Below are positions 54,454-63,932 of a DNA stretch of 64,000 nt, in pieces; position 1 is the first letter of the stretch, and each line of letters begins with the position of its first letter. The notes beneath the pieces were generated by a model. It was not told where the DNA came from, did not search any database, and was given only the letters and a program-made list of their open reading frames with translations. Source of the DNA: Clostridia bacterium (lineage in GTDB: Bacteria > Bacillota > Clostridia > Oscillospirales > CAG-272); the NCBI GenBank assembly GCA_017466685.1, contig JAFTTS010000118.1:9899-73898 (forward strand), given 5' to 3'. A program made the position numbers and the translations under genes.

Positions 54454-54482
54454 TTGAAAGATTCTTCCTCCAATGATATAAT
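54454..54482 (+). promoter_or_regulatory. Sigma-A promoter for the DegT/SDR pair
   Basis: TTGAAA-17 nt-TATAAT (TTGAAAGATTCTTCCTCCAATGATATAAT). A 13-bp palindrome starts 7 nt downstream. Confidence 0.6.
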
Positions 54483-54547
54483 ATTATTGACGCACTGCGT
54501 CTGACACATAATTATTTTTGAAAAAATTTATCTTGGAGGATAAAGCA

Positions 54548-55738
54548 ATGAAATCAATAAACAGAGTTGGCGAAAAAGAAATTGAGTACGTAAAAGAAGT
54601 CCTCAGCTGGGGATTTCGTGCATCTGCCGGTTACAGAATGACCAAGCGACTTGAGGAGGCTTTCTGCGAAAAGTTCGGAAGCAAGTACGCTGTCACCTTC
54701 TGTAACGGTACTGCTACCCTTCATATCGCACTTGAGGCAGTCGGCGTAGGTCTCGGAGACGAGGTTATCGTTCCTCCGCTCACCATGTCGGCAACAACCT
54801 TCGGTGTGCTTCACGCAAATGCAACTCCCGTATTTGCAGACGTTGATCCCGATACATTCCAGATCACCGCAGAAGCTATCGAAAAGTGCATCACTCCCAG
54901 AACAAAGGCTATCATCGTTGTTTCCCTTTACGGTCTCGCTCCCGACTTCGATAAGATCATGGCTGTTGCAAAGAAGCACAACCTTGCCGTAATCGAAGAC
55001 GACGCACAGTGCTTCCTCGGAAAGTACAAGGGCAGAACCGTCGGTACTATCGGCGATATCGCAAGCTTCAGCTTCCAGGCTTCGAAGCATATGACCAGTA
55101 GTGAGGGCGGTATGCTCATCACAGACAACGAGGAGCTTGCAAAGAAGATCCGCTGCTACTCCTGCCTCGGTTACGCAGGCGTCGGCACAAACAAGGGTAA
55201 GATCTCCAAGACCGATATCCAGGATCCCGAATATAACCGTCACGTATCTATGGGCTGGAACTATCGCCTCAGTGAGGTTGCCAGCGCAGTTGCTCTCGCA
55301 CAGACAGAGCGTCTTGAGGAGCTTGTTGAGATCCGTCAGCAATCCGCAAAGATCTTTGACGATGCAATCAAGGGCAACACCATCATCGCTCCGCAGAAGA
55401 CCGGCGAAGATTATGTTAACGCTTATTGGGCATACGCAACAAAGCTCATCGACGACAGCATCACCTGGAAGCAGTTCAGAGATAAATATCTCGAGCTCGG
55501 CGGCGACGGTATCTATTCCGCATGGAAGCTTACATATCAGGAGCCTTTCTTTAAAAACATGGCTATGCTTCACCGTGAAGGTCTTCTCAACAAGACTGTA
55601 AGCTATGAGGACGGCATCTGCCCCGTTGCAGAAGCACTTCAGCCCAAGATCCTCGCATTCAAGTCCAACTACTATGACTTAAACGTTGCAGCGGCAAAGG
55701 CAGAAGCACTCGTTAAGACCATCAACTACTTCAAATAA
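54548..55738 (+). CDS. DegT/DnrJ/EryC1/StrS-family PLP-dependent sugar aminotransferase
   Basis: The start is ATG 54548 (GGAGGA upstream). Motifs are FCNGTATLHIALEAVG, VIEDDAQCFLG and SFSFQASKHMTSSEGGML (the active-site Lys context). Confidence 0.88.
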   Translation: MKSINRVGEKEIEYVKEVLSWGFRASAGYRMTKRLEEAFCEKFGSKYAVTFCNGTATLHIALEAVGVGLGDEVIVPPLTMSATTFGVLHANATPVFADVDPDTFQITAEAIEKCITPRTKAIIVVSLYGLAPDFDKIMAVAKKHNLAVIEDDAQCFLGKYKGRTVGTIGDIASFSFQASKHMTSSEGGMLITDNEELAKKIRCYSCLGYAGVGTNKGKISKTDIQDPEYNRHVSMGWNYRLSEVASAVALAQTERLEELVEIRQQSAKIFDDAIKGNTIIAPQKTGEDYVNAYWAYATKLIDDSITWKQFRDKYLELGGDGIYSAWKLTYQEPFFKNMAMLHREGLLNKTVSYEDGICPVAEALQPKILAFKSNYYDLNVAAAKAEALVKTINYFK

Positions 55739-55752
55739 TAACGGTGAACACT

Positions 55753-56532
55753 ATGGAAAATATATTTGATCTGACAGGCAAAATCGTTCTCGTCATGGGC
55801 GGCTCGGGTAACCTTGGTACGGCTGAGGTTGACGCACTCGCATCGTTTGGTGCGACCGTTCTGAGCGTTCATCTTCATGAGGACGGACTTGTTGAAACAA
55901 GAGATAACGTAATACACATCGACGCTGATTTTTCAAACAAAGAGGAGCACGCGGCTGTTTTCGAGCGTATTAAAAAGGAATACGGCAGAATCGACGTACT
56001 CGTTAACAACGCTGCATACGGCGGAGGTTCCGGCGGTAAAGGACTCGCACTTGAAATCGAAAACTTCGATGACGAATCCTGGCTCGGCGGCGTTGAGGGC
56101 AACCTCGGACTCACCTTCCGCAGCATGAGAGCGGCAATTCCGCTGATGAAAGAAAAGGGCGGCAGTATCGTAAACATCGCTTCGATGTACGGCGTGGTTT
56201 CTCCCGATCCCGGTATTTACGGAGACAGCGGAAGCAACAGCCCCGTTACATACGGCGTATCTAAAGCAGGTGTACTCCAGCTCACACGTTACGGTGCGGC
56301 ACACCTCGCAAAATACAACATCAGAGTTAACGCAATAACCCCCGGTCCGTTCCCGAACGAAAGAACTCTCGCGAACAAGGAATTTTCGGCAAAGCTCGCT
56401 GATAAGACCATGCTTAAAAGAGTCGGCACAAGCAAAGAAATGGGCGGTGCCATCGTTCTTTTGGCATCCGATGCCTCGACATTTATGACGGGCAGTAACG
56501 TCACAGTTGACGGCGGCTGGACTGCGTGGTAA
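55753..56532 (+). CDS. SDR-family oxidoreductase
   Basis: LTGKIVLVMGGSGNLG (a variant cofactor-binding motif), NNAA, and the active-site YGVSKAGV. The track start at GTG 55744 is also possible. Confidence 0.85.
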   Translation: MENIFDLTGKIVLVMGGSGNLGTAEVDALASFGATVLSVHLHEDGLVETRDNVIHIDADFSNKEEHAAVFERIKKEYGRIDVLVNNAAYGGGSGGKGLALEIENFDDESWLGGVEGNLGLTFRSMRAAIPLMKEKGGSIVNIASMYGVVSPDPGIYGDSGSNSPVTYGVSKAGVLQLTRYGAAHLAKYNIRVNAITPGPFPNERTLANKEFSAKLADKTMLKRVGTSKEMGGAIVLLASDASTFMTGSNVTVDGGWTAW

Positions 56533-56580
56533 AAAACGTGTGCCGGTGCATTTTGATATTATTTTAAGGAGGATATAACG

Positions 56581-57453
56581 GTGCAGGATCAGGATTTTTC
56601 GTATAGTTCAATCGAGGTTATCTGTTCGGATTTAAAGATCATCTTCATAACCGACGAAAAAACGACCGACACAACCAGAAGTGATATACATATGCATTCC
56701 TTTTGGGAGCTCTTTCACCTTAAGGAAGGCTCGCTTGCACTTTCAAATGAGCAGTTCGGATGTACCCTTGAAAAAAATCAGATGCTCATCATCCCTCCGA
56801 ACACTTATCACAGCACGACATTTTCCGAAGATGCCATAAAAAAGAGCGTGTTTTTCACCTTTGAGCGTGTGAAATCATCAAGCAGCGAGGAAAATCTTTT
56901 TGATAAAATGTACACGGCATTTTCCGGCTGCGGCTTTTGCAAGCTCGACGACTGTGAATATCTCTCGCTGCTGCTTGACACGGTGCTTGAAAATAACGCC
57001 ACCGATAAATTTGCAAAGCCATGGAGACTGCGTGCAAACGTCACAGAGCTTATTTTCTCGCTCTATGACAAGCTGAACACCGTTTCAGGCGAGCAGAGTA
57101 AAAACAGTCATATGCCGAACACATACTGGGTTTATAAATACGCAATAGACCGACTTCTCGATATTTACTATATCAACGATATAAACCTTGAATTTTTAAG
57201 CAAAAAGCTCTTTGTTTCACCGCAGAATATAACGAGAATAATTTCAAGCGCATACGGCAAAAGCTTTAATGAGCTGAAGCTTGAATTAAAGATCCGTAAT
57301 GCAAAAAAATTACTGCGTGAAACCACTCTTTCGGTCAGCGAAATCGGTGAGCGGATCGGTTACACAACCTCACGCGGATTTTTGTCCGCTTTCGTAAAAT
57401 ATGAGGGCTGTACACCGAGCGAATACAGAAAAGCACATCGAAACAATCAATAA
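56581..57453 (+). CDS. AraC-family transcriptional regulator
   Basis: 290 aa. GTG start with AAGGAGGA upstream. The C-terminal HTH is VSEIGERIGYTTSRGFLSAFVKYEGCTPSEYRK. Confidence 0.85.
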   Translation: MQDQDFSYSSIEVICSDLKIIFITDEKTTDTTRSDIHMHSFWELFHLKEGSLALSNEQFGCTLEKNQMLIIPPNTYHSTTFSEDAIKKSVFFTFERVKSSSSEENLFDKMYTAFSGCGFCKLDDCEYLSLLLDTVLENNATDKFAKPWRLRANVTELIFSLYDKLNTVSGEQSKNSHMPNTYWVYKYAIDRLLDIYYINDINLEFLSKKLFVSPQNITRIISSAYGKSFNELKLELKIRNAKKLLRETTLSVSEIGERIGYTTSRGFLSAFVKYEGCTPSEYRKAHRNNQ

Positions 57454-57499
57454 AAAATCAAGCGAGACGAAGTTATGTTTTTGTTCTTCGACTCGCTTT

Positions 57500-58312
57500 T
57501 TATATACTATGACGGTATTCACGCGGTGTTGTGCCCACGTATTTTTTAAAGGTTCTGGAAAAATAATTGGGATCGTCAAATCCGACAGAGAGCGCAATAT
57601 CGGTTATGCTCTGATCGGTGTTTTTTAAAAGCACTGCCGCTTTTTCGGTTCTGTATCTGTTTATGTAACCGAGCGGAGTCTGCCCTGTCGCCTTTTTGAA
57701 CATACGGCAGAAATATTGCTCGGTAAGGTGAAAGTGGCGTGCAAGTTCAGCGGTGGTAAGCGATGCTGTGTAGCTTCTTGAAATATAAGCAAAGATGTCG
57801 TGCATTTCGAGAAAACGGGCACTTCTTGATGAGGTAGTATCGCTGTCTGATTCTCGTCTGTAATTGCTGATAAGATACGCCATAAGCGAATATGCAAGAC
57901 TTTTCAAGCGAAGATCATATGCCGCACTCTTGTTTTTCTGCTCGTCGGACATTTTTTCAAAGCATTCTTTTATGAAAGCATCTTTGATTATATGAGTTTC
58001 AATCGCAAAGCCATTAAATTCAACGTCCGAAAAAAACTCCGGCGACAGATGCAGACACATATATTCACCGTCGCAGTTACAGGTCGTTGCATGACGTTCC
58101 TTGCTGTTTATAAATATGAGGTCGCCCTCAAGCGCGGTATATTCCGCTTCACCGCACACAATCTCAAATTCACCGGACAAAAAATACAACAGTTCAATAT
58201 GCTCATGCCAGTGTGAACGGTATTTTCCCGAGAGGTGGTTTAACTTCAGCTTGACCTGGAAGTCTCTCTCAAGCGGAGCTATGCTTTCGTATAAAGTTAA
58301 GCTGTCGTTCAT
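57500..58312 (-). CDS. AraC-family transcriptional regulator (cupin + HTH)
   Basis: 270 aa with an N-terminal cupin (HWHEHIELLYFLSGE). The C-terminal HTH is ITDIALSVGFDDPNYFSRTFKKYVGTTPREYR. Confidence 0.88.
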   Translation of the reverse strand: MNDSLTLYESIAPLERDFQVKLKLNHLSGKYRSHWHEHIELLYFLSGEFEIVCGEAEYTALEGDLIFINSKERHATTCNCDGEYMCLHLSPEFFSDVEFNGFAIETHIIKDAFIKECFEKMSDEQKNKSAAYDLRLKSLAYSLMAYLISNYRRESDSDTTSSRSARFLEMHDIFAYISRSYTASLTTAELARHFHLTEQYFCRMFKKATGQTPLGYINRYRTEKAAVLLKNTDQSITDIALSVGFDDPNYFSRTFKKYVGTTPREYRHSI

Positions 58313-58494
58313 AATGCCTCCTTACCGCAGCATTTATTACACTAAAATTATATAATATTCTCGCCCAAAAGTCAACACTGTTTATTCCACAAAATTTAAG
58401 TTAAAATTATGCTAATATAAGTTAAATTTGTCATGGAAATATTTTCTCGTTCATTATATAATTTTCTTATAAGATATATATAAGGAGAAGAACA

Positions 58495-59316
58495 ATGGCA
58501 AACATGAACACCCCCTGGACCGAGTATATGGAGCCTTTCAAAATTGCAGACAACCTGTATTTTGTCGGTTGTTATGCCGCATCCTCTCATCTTATAACAA
58601 CAAGCGAGGGACATATCCTCATCGACACGGGCTATCCGCAGAATCTCTATCAGGTCATCGACAACATATATAAGCTCGGCTTTAATCCTCATGACATCAA
58701 ATATATCGTTCACTCTCACGGTCATTACGATCACCTCGGCGGAACAAAGGCTTTGGTGGAGCTCACCGGTGCAAAAACCTTCATCGGCGCAGACGACCGC
58801 GAATATGCAAACGGAACGCTCGATCTCACATGGGCAAAAGAGCTCGGATTTGAATATTACGAGGCATTTGAGCCGGACGTGCTCTTACATGACGGTGATG
58901 TTATCCGTCTTGGCGAGGTTGAGATCACTACCCTCTCCACCCCCGGACATACGCCCGGAACAATGTCGTTCTTCTTCAATACCACATATGAGGGTAAGAC
59001 CTACCGCGTCGGAACACACGGCGGCGTTGGTCCAAACTCGATGATGACATGGTTCTTGAATCAGTACGGACTTTCGTTCGATTGCCGCGAAAAGTTCCTC
59101 GCAGGACTTGAGAGACTTAAAGGCGAAAAGGTTGATATCTTCATCGGAAATCACGTTTGGAATAACGACACAAAAGGAAGATATGAACGCATGATGGCAG
59201 GCGAAAAGAATCCGTTCATCGATCCCGAAGAATGGGGAAAATTCCTCGACAGATGCAAAAATAATCTCCTCACCCAATTAAAAAAGGAAGAGGAAGAATC
59301 AAACAAATCATATTAA
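58495..59316 (+). CDS. MBL-fold metallo-hydrolase
   Basis: 273 aa. HSHGHYDHLGG (HxHxDH) and STPGHTPG. RBS AAGGAGAAG. Confidence 0.85.
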   Translation: MANMNTPWTEYMEPFKIADNLYFVGCYAASSHLITTSEGHILIDTGYPQNLYQVIDNIYKLGFNPHDIKYIVHSHGHYDHLGGTKALVELTGAKTFIGADDREYANGTLDLTWAKELGFEYYEAFEPDVLLHDGDVIRLGEVEITTLSTPGHTPGTMSFFFNTTYEGKTYRVGTHGGVGPNSMMTWFLNQYGLSFDCREKFLAGLERLKGEKVDIFIGNHVWNNDTKGRYERMMAGEKNPFIDPEEWGKFLDRCKNNLLTQLKKEEEESNKSY

Positions 59317-59343
59317 AAATAATTTATCGAAAGGACAGAACAC

Positions 59344-60192
59344 ATGAAAATTTTAATGATCGGCGCACACCAGGATGACAACGAATTTCGCTGCGGAGCA
59401 CTTGCACACAAGTATGTACAGCTCGGACATGAGGTTTATTTCCTCAGTATGTGCAACGGCTGCGGCGGCCATCACATCATGACTCCGGCAGAAACAACCG
59501 CAGCACGTGCAAAGGAATCTGCGGCAGTCGCAAAGCTGCTCGGAATCACATACGATGTTTGGGATGACGTTAACGACTGCTCACTCGTTGCAGACCTTGA
59601 AACCCGCAGACGTCTCATTCGTTACATAAGACGTATCTCTCCCGATCTCGTTATCGCACACCGTCCGAACGACTATCATGCAGACCATCGTGCATCAGGT
59701 CAGCTCGTTCAGGATGCGTCATATATGCTGATTGTACCGCATGAGTGTCCTGACGTACCTGCCATGAGAGAGATGCCTGTAATAATGTATTATGAGGATG
59801 GCTTCAAGAATCCTAACTTCCGTTGTGACGTCGTAATCGACACCGATTCTGAAATTGACATAAAGATGCAGATTGCCGACCTCAATGTATCACAGGTATA
59901 TGAATGGCTTCCATACACTCACGGTGAAACTGTTCCCGAAGGTGCTGCAGAGCGTTTCGAGTGGCTCAAGGGTATGGACACAACAAAGTGGTACAGCGAC
60001 GAGGAGGTTATGGCGCTTCCGAGAGGAACAGCTGTACGTTTTGCAAAAACAGCCGCACGCTTCAGAAAAGAGCTTATTGAAAAATACGGTGAGGAACGCG
60101 GTGCCAAGATTCGCTATGCAGAGGCATATGAGGTATGCGAATACGGCTCACCGCTGACAGACGAGCTTAAGGCTCAGATGTTCCCATTCTAA
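59344..60192 (+). CDS. PIG-L/LmbE-family N-acetyl-sugar deacetylase
   Basis: 282 aa. MIGAHQDDNEF (compare AHPDDE) and HRPNDYHADH. Confidence 0.82.
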   Translation: MKILMIGAHQDDNEFRCGALAHKYVQLGHEVYFLSMCNGCGGHHIMTPAETTAARAKESAAVAKLLGITYDVWDDVNDCSLVADLETRRRLIRYIRRISPDLVIAHRPNDYHADHRASGQLVQDASYMLIVPHECPDVPAMREMPVIMYYEDGFKNPNFRCDVVIDTDSEIDIKMQIADLNVSQVYEWLPYTHGETVPEGAAERFEWLKGMDTTKWYSDEEVMALPRGTAVRFAKTAARFRKELIEKYGEERGAKIRYAEAYEVCEYGSPLTDELKAQMFPF

Positions 60193-60205
60193 TGAGGTAA
60201 TTAAA

Positions 60206-61135
60206 ATGAAAAAAACAGAACTTTTAAAGCATATCGGCTCGGTAAGCCAAATCGGCGGAGTCAGAGACGTAATTCTCAACGATGGTAAGGCAAAGGGTGT
60301 TCGCGCACTCGAAATTAACACGGGCAAGCTCCGTCTGACCGTTCTTCCCGACAGATGTATGGACATCGCACAGGCAGACTACTGCGGACGCGCATTCAGC
60401 TGGATCTCCAAGACAGACATCACAGCACCGCAGTATTACAATAAAAACGGACTCGAATGGCTCCGCGGCTTTTACGGCGGTCTCGTTACCACCTGCGGAC
60501 TCAAAAACATCGGCGGTCCGACCGAAACACAGGGACTGCACGGTCGTATCGCAAACACTCCCGCATCCAACGTCAGCATCTTCCAGGACTGGGTTGGTGA
60601 TGATTACGTTATCAAGGTAAGCGGCGAAATGCGTGAGTCGGCTGTATTCGGTGAGAATCTTGTGATCAAGCGTACGATCACGACCAAGCTTTTCTCCGAT
60701 GAATTTACGCTTGAGGATACCGTGATCAACGAAGGCTTCGCAGATGAAAACTTCGTGCTCTGCTATCACTGCAATTTCGGTTATCCGCTTGTTTGCGACG
60801 GTGCAAAGATCGTCGGCGTACCAGATGAAATCGCAGACATTACCGCACCTATTCACGGCAAAGAAGAGGAATGCATCGGTGTTGAACACACAGGTGATAT
60901 CGCCACAGCAGGTATCGAAAACGATGAGATGGGTGTTTACATCACATATAAGCGTGACACCATGCCGGAATTTCTCGTTTGGAAGATGCTCGGCGAGAGC
61001 GAGTACACAGTTGGTCTTGAGCCGCGTACCACCAACCGTGGCGGCGATGCTATCGCAGAGAACAACGCATTCACCGTGCTGAAACCGTTTGAGGAATATA
61101 AGTCACATCTTAAATTCAGCGTAAAAATGAAATAA
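60206..61135 (+). CDS. Aldose 1-epimerase-family protein (DUF4432 type)
   Basis: 309 aa. GLHGRIANTPAS and a beta-sandwich-like composition typical of DUF4432. Confidence 0.72.
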   Translation: MKKTELLKHIGSVSQIGGVRDVILNDGKAKGVRALEINTGKLRLTVLPDRCMDIAQADYCGRAFSWISKTDITAPQYYNKNGLEWLRGFYGGLVTTCGLKNIGGPTETQGLHGRIANTPASNVSIFQDWVGDDYVIKVSGEMRESAVFGENLVIKRTITTKLFSDEFTLEDTVINEGFADENFVLCYHCNFGYPLVCDGAKIVGVPDEIADITAPIHGKEEECIGVEHTGDIATAGIENDEMGVYITYKRDTMPEFLVWKMLGESEYTVGLEPRTTNRGGDAIAENNAFTVLKPFEEYKSHLKFSVKMK

Positions 61136-61141
61136 AAAATC

Positions 61142-61181
61142 AACAGGATACCCCAAAAAATCAAGGTATCCTGTTATTTTA
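61142..61181. terminator. Strong bidirectional terminator
   Basis: AACAGGATACC (61142-61152) pairs with GGTATCCTGTT (61165-61175), an 11-bp perfect stem. T-rich tracts follow on both strands. Confidence 0.85.
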
Positions 61182-61532
61182 TTCGATTATAGCAGTTACA
61201 ATATAACCGCTTTTTTCTATACGTGATTTTATGAGCTCATCATCTGCAGCTTCAGCGTATGAAACAGTAAGCTCACCCTTTTTGAGATCAACCTCACCGG
61301 CAAGCCCACTCATATCGTTAATTATCTCCTCAACCCTTGCCTTGCAATGATCGCAGTGCATACCGTCTATCTTAAATGTCTTTTTATAGAGAACGCCCGA
61401 AAGCTTTTTGCGTTTTGGCTTGTAATCACCGCTGCCGCAGCATCCGCGTTTACCTTTTAAATGCTTAAAGGCAGAGCCTGCCGCAACAACTATAATTATT
61501 GCGATAATAACGATAATAATAAAATCGGTCAT
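61179..61532 (-). CDS. Membrane-anchored heavy-metal-associated (HMA) domain protein with FeoB-associated-Cys-rich-like N-terminus
   Basis: 117 aa. It has one TM helix (FIIIVIIAIIIVVAAGSAF), then KGKRGCCGSG, then an HMA fold with GMHCDHCKARVEE. Confidence 0.8.
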   Translation of the reverse strand: MTDFIIIVIIAIIIVVAAGSAFKHLKGKRGCCGSGDYKPKRKKLSGVLYKKTFKIDGMHCDHCKARVEEIINDMSGLAGEVDLKKGELTVSYAEAADDELIKSRIEKSGYIVTAIIE

Positions 61533-61592
61533 ACATTTCTCCCATTTTAGTAATGGGATGCACCGGACTATTGATGCACCCCACCGAGGTAT

Positions 61593-61760
61593 TTAATTAT
61601 TTTTATCAGTACCACCGCATCCGCCGTTGCATCTTCCGCCGCACTGCTTGGCGTGAGGACATCCAACGCAGGTCACACCGCGCTTTTTTGCCCTGTAAAG
61701 ATAGAAAGCGGCGCCGCCTATGATACATAAAATAATTGCGATAATTATATAGTTTACCAT
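61593..61760 (-). CDS. FeoB-associated Cys-rich small membrane protein (55 aa, below the ORF-track cut-off)
   Basis: My translation is MVNYIIIAIILCIIGGAAFYLYRAKKRGVTCVGCPHAKQCGGRCNGGCGGTDKNN, that is one TM helix plus a Cys/Gly-rich tail. It starts 7 nt after the feoB stop. Confidence 0.75.
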   Translation of the reverse strand: MVNYIIIAIILCIIGGAAFYLYRAKKRGVTCVGCPHAKQCGGRCNGGCGGTDKNN

Positions 61761-61766
61761 ATGTTA

Positions 61767-63815
61767 TTAAGCTTTACCAAGTGCATAATCCTTGGCAATC
61801 TTCTTGTCAGATTTTGTGCAGAGATAAACGATAACTGCGATAAATGCCGCAACAGCCACACCGCCGCCGATAGCAGCCGCTACGCTCAAGGTTGCCGGAG
61901 CTGTGATAAGTGTACCGATAGTATAAACGAGGTAGCCGACAGTGTAACCGACGCCAACCTGTAAACCAATGCCTGCCCAAAGCCACTTTGCGCTCTTCAT
62001 CTCGGAGTTCATCGCACCGATAGCCGCAAAGCAAGGCGGAGTGAAGAGATTGAACATCAGATAAGCAAGTGCCGCAACGGCGGTGATACCGAATGTTTCT
62101 GCAACAGCAGTTCCCTCGCCCACAAGCTCAAGTGCATCCGTATCAATGAGATTGGAGATACCGTAGCAAACAGCAAGTGTACCGACAACGTTTTCCTTTG
62201 CGATAAAGCCTGTAACCGCCGCAGCCGCCATCTGCCATGCCTTGATACCGATGATCGGGATAAGCAGATATGCGATGGGGTTTGCAATGCTTGCAAGAAT
62301 AGATGTGCTCTCTGCACCTTCCTCAACAAGTGCGAAGCTCCAATTGAAGGACTGCATGATATAAACAACTGCATTGCAGAGAAGAATAATAGTGCCTGCC
62401 TTAACTATGTAAGCCCAGCCGCGTCCGCACATGGATTTGAATGCTCTTAAGAAGCTGGGAGCCTTATATTCGGGAAGCTCCATGATGAAGAAGGATTTTC
62501 TGTTCTTATAGCCTGTGATCTTGTTAATAAGAAGTGCGCCGACGAGAATAAGTATTATACCTGCGAAATACATAAGTGTACCAACCCATGTAGCATCCGG
62601 GAAGAACGCGCCTGCAAACAAACCGATAACGGGAAGCTTTGCGCCACAGGGCATGAACGGAGTCAGCATTGCAGTTGCTCTGCGTTCACGTTCATTACGA
62701 ATTGTACGGCAAGCCATAACACCGGGAATCGCACAACCTGTACCGATAACGAACGGAATAACCGATTTGCCGGAAAGACCGACCTTCTTGAAAATGGGAT
62801 CAAGCACAACAGAAACACGTGCCATATAACCGCAGTCCTCAAGAAGCGCGATGAGGAAGTACATAACCATAACGAGCGGCAGGAAGCCTACAACTGCACT
62901 AACGCCACCGATAATACCCTCTGTAAGAAGCGCAACAAGGAACTCATTTCCGCCCTCAAGAGCACCTGCAACCCATTCCTTGAACATATCAATAAGCGTT
63001 ACAAGACCGGGAATCGCAAACTCATTCTCTGCACCTTCGTTGAAAACATAACCCTCCGCGATCCACGGACCAAGCCATGCCTGCGAGATCTGGAACACGA
63101 GGAACATAACAACAGCGAAAATCGGAATACCGAGCCACTTATTCGTGAGCACCGCGTCGATCTTGTCTCCGATATTCTTATCCTTTGTGAGAACCTTACG
63201 AGTTTCAACATCCTTAACGATCTTGTTTACAAACTCAAAACGCTTACGGTCTGCCGTCTCAACTGCCTTTTTGTCGGTGAGGTCAACACCCTGCTGCATA
63301 TACGGAGCCTTCTGTGTGGTCTTTGACTGGGCAACAGCCGCCGAAATTACAGCTTTAAGTCCGTCAGCAGAAGTGGAAACCGTATTGACAACGGGACAGC
63401 CGAGCTTTGCACTGAGTGCATCCACGTCGATTTTATTATCCTTCTTCGCATTTATATCACTCTTATTGAGCGCGACTACAACCGGAACGCCAAGCTCGAG
63501 AATCTGTGTTGTGAAAAAGAGACTACGGCTTAAATTTGTCGCATCCACGATATTGATTATAACATCGGGATTTTCATCCTTTATGTATGAGCTGGTGATG
63601 CTCTCCTCGCTTGTGAAAGGCGACATCGAATATGCACCGGGCAGGTCAACCGCGATAAGCTGTTCGCTGCCGTCATAATACGACTTCTTTATCGGATGCT
63701 CCTTTTTCTCAACCGTAACACCCGCCCAGTTACCGACCTTTTCATTTCGTCCGGTCAGGGCGTTGTACATTGTTGTTTTACCGGAATTGGGATTACCGGT
63801 CAATGCAATTCTCAT
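61767..63815 (-). CDS. feoB: Ferrous iron transporter FeoB (copy 2)
   Basis: I start it at ATG 63815 (GGAGGA 7 nt upstream), giving MRIALTGNPNSGKTTMYNALTG. It has DLPGAYSM and a polytopic C-terminal domain. The track ORF starts 15 nt earlier. Confidence 0.93.
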   Translation of the reverse strand: MRIALTGNPNSGKTTMYNALTGRNEKVGNWAGVTVEKKEHPIKKSYYDGSEQLIAVDLPGAYSMSPFTSEESITSSYIKDENPDVIINIVDATNLSRSLFFTTQILELGVPVVVALNKSDINAKKDNKIDVDALSAKLGCPVVNTVSTSADGLKAVISAAVAQSKTTQKAPYMQQGVDLTDKKAVETADRKRFEFVNKIVKDVETRKVLTKDKNIGDKIDAVLTNKWLGIPIFAVVMFLVFQISQAWLGPWIAEGYVFNEGAENEFAIPGLVTLIDMFKEWVAGALEGGNEFLVALLTEGIIGGVSAVVGFLPLVMVMYFLIALLEDCGYMARVSVVLDPIFKKVGLSGKSVIPFVIGTGCAIPGVMACRTIRNERERRATAMLTPFMPCGAKLPVIGLFAGAFFPDATWVGTLMYFAGIILILVGALLINKITGYKNRKSFFIMELPEYKAPSFLRAFKSMCGRGWAYIVKAGTIILLCNAVVYIMQSFNWSFALVEEGAESTSILASIANPIAYLLIPIIGIKAWQMAAAAVTGFIAKENVVGTLAVCYGISNLIDTDALELVGEGTAVAETFGITAVAALAYLMFNLFTPPCFAAIGAMNSEMKSAKWLWAGIGLQVGVGYTVGYLVYTIGTLITAPATLSVAAAIGGGVAVAAFIAVIVYLCTKSDKKIAKDYALGKA

Positions 63816-63932
63816 ATTGGTATCCTCCAAAAAATAAATTTATCTATATCCTTTCGGAATAAGCTTCAACTTGAGTTAGCAGCCGCTAACCGTTTGCCTT
63901 GAAAATAACGATCCGCAGACCGTCACCTTCAA

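Noticed and set aside
54554-55573. A 339-aa minus-strand ORF.
   Set aside because: It lies entirely antisense to the DegT-family aminotransferase, whose motifs are unambiguous. It is a shadow ORF typical of GC-skewed third positions. The same reasoning applies to these ORFs:
- 51556-52473, opposite pepT;
- 60224-60889, opposite the DUF4432 gene;
- 45376-45855, opposite rplJ;
- 10077-10703, opposite pelD;
- 48060-48659, opposite feoB;
- 41475-41882, opposite the YegP gene.
63831-63932. The hairpin GTTAGCGGCTGCTAAC between the feoA fragment and feoB, considered as a terminator or riboswitch, together with an 18-codon TTG ORF.
   Set aside because: The stem is short (6 bp) and has no T-tract. 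I found no conserved riboswitch core I could recognise. The mini-ORF lacks an RBS. This is too little evidence for any call.
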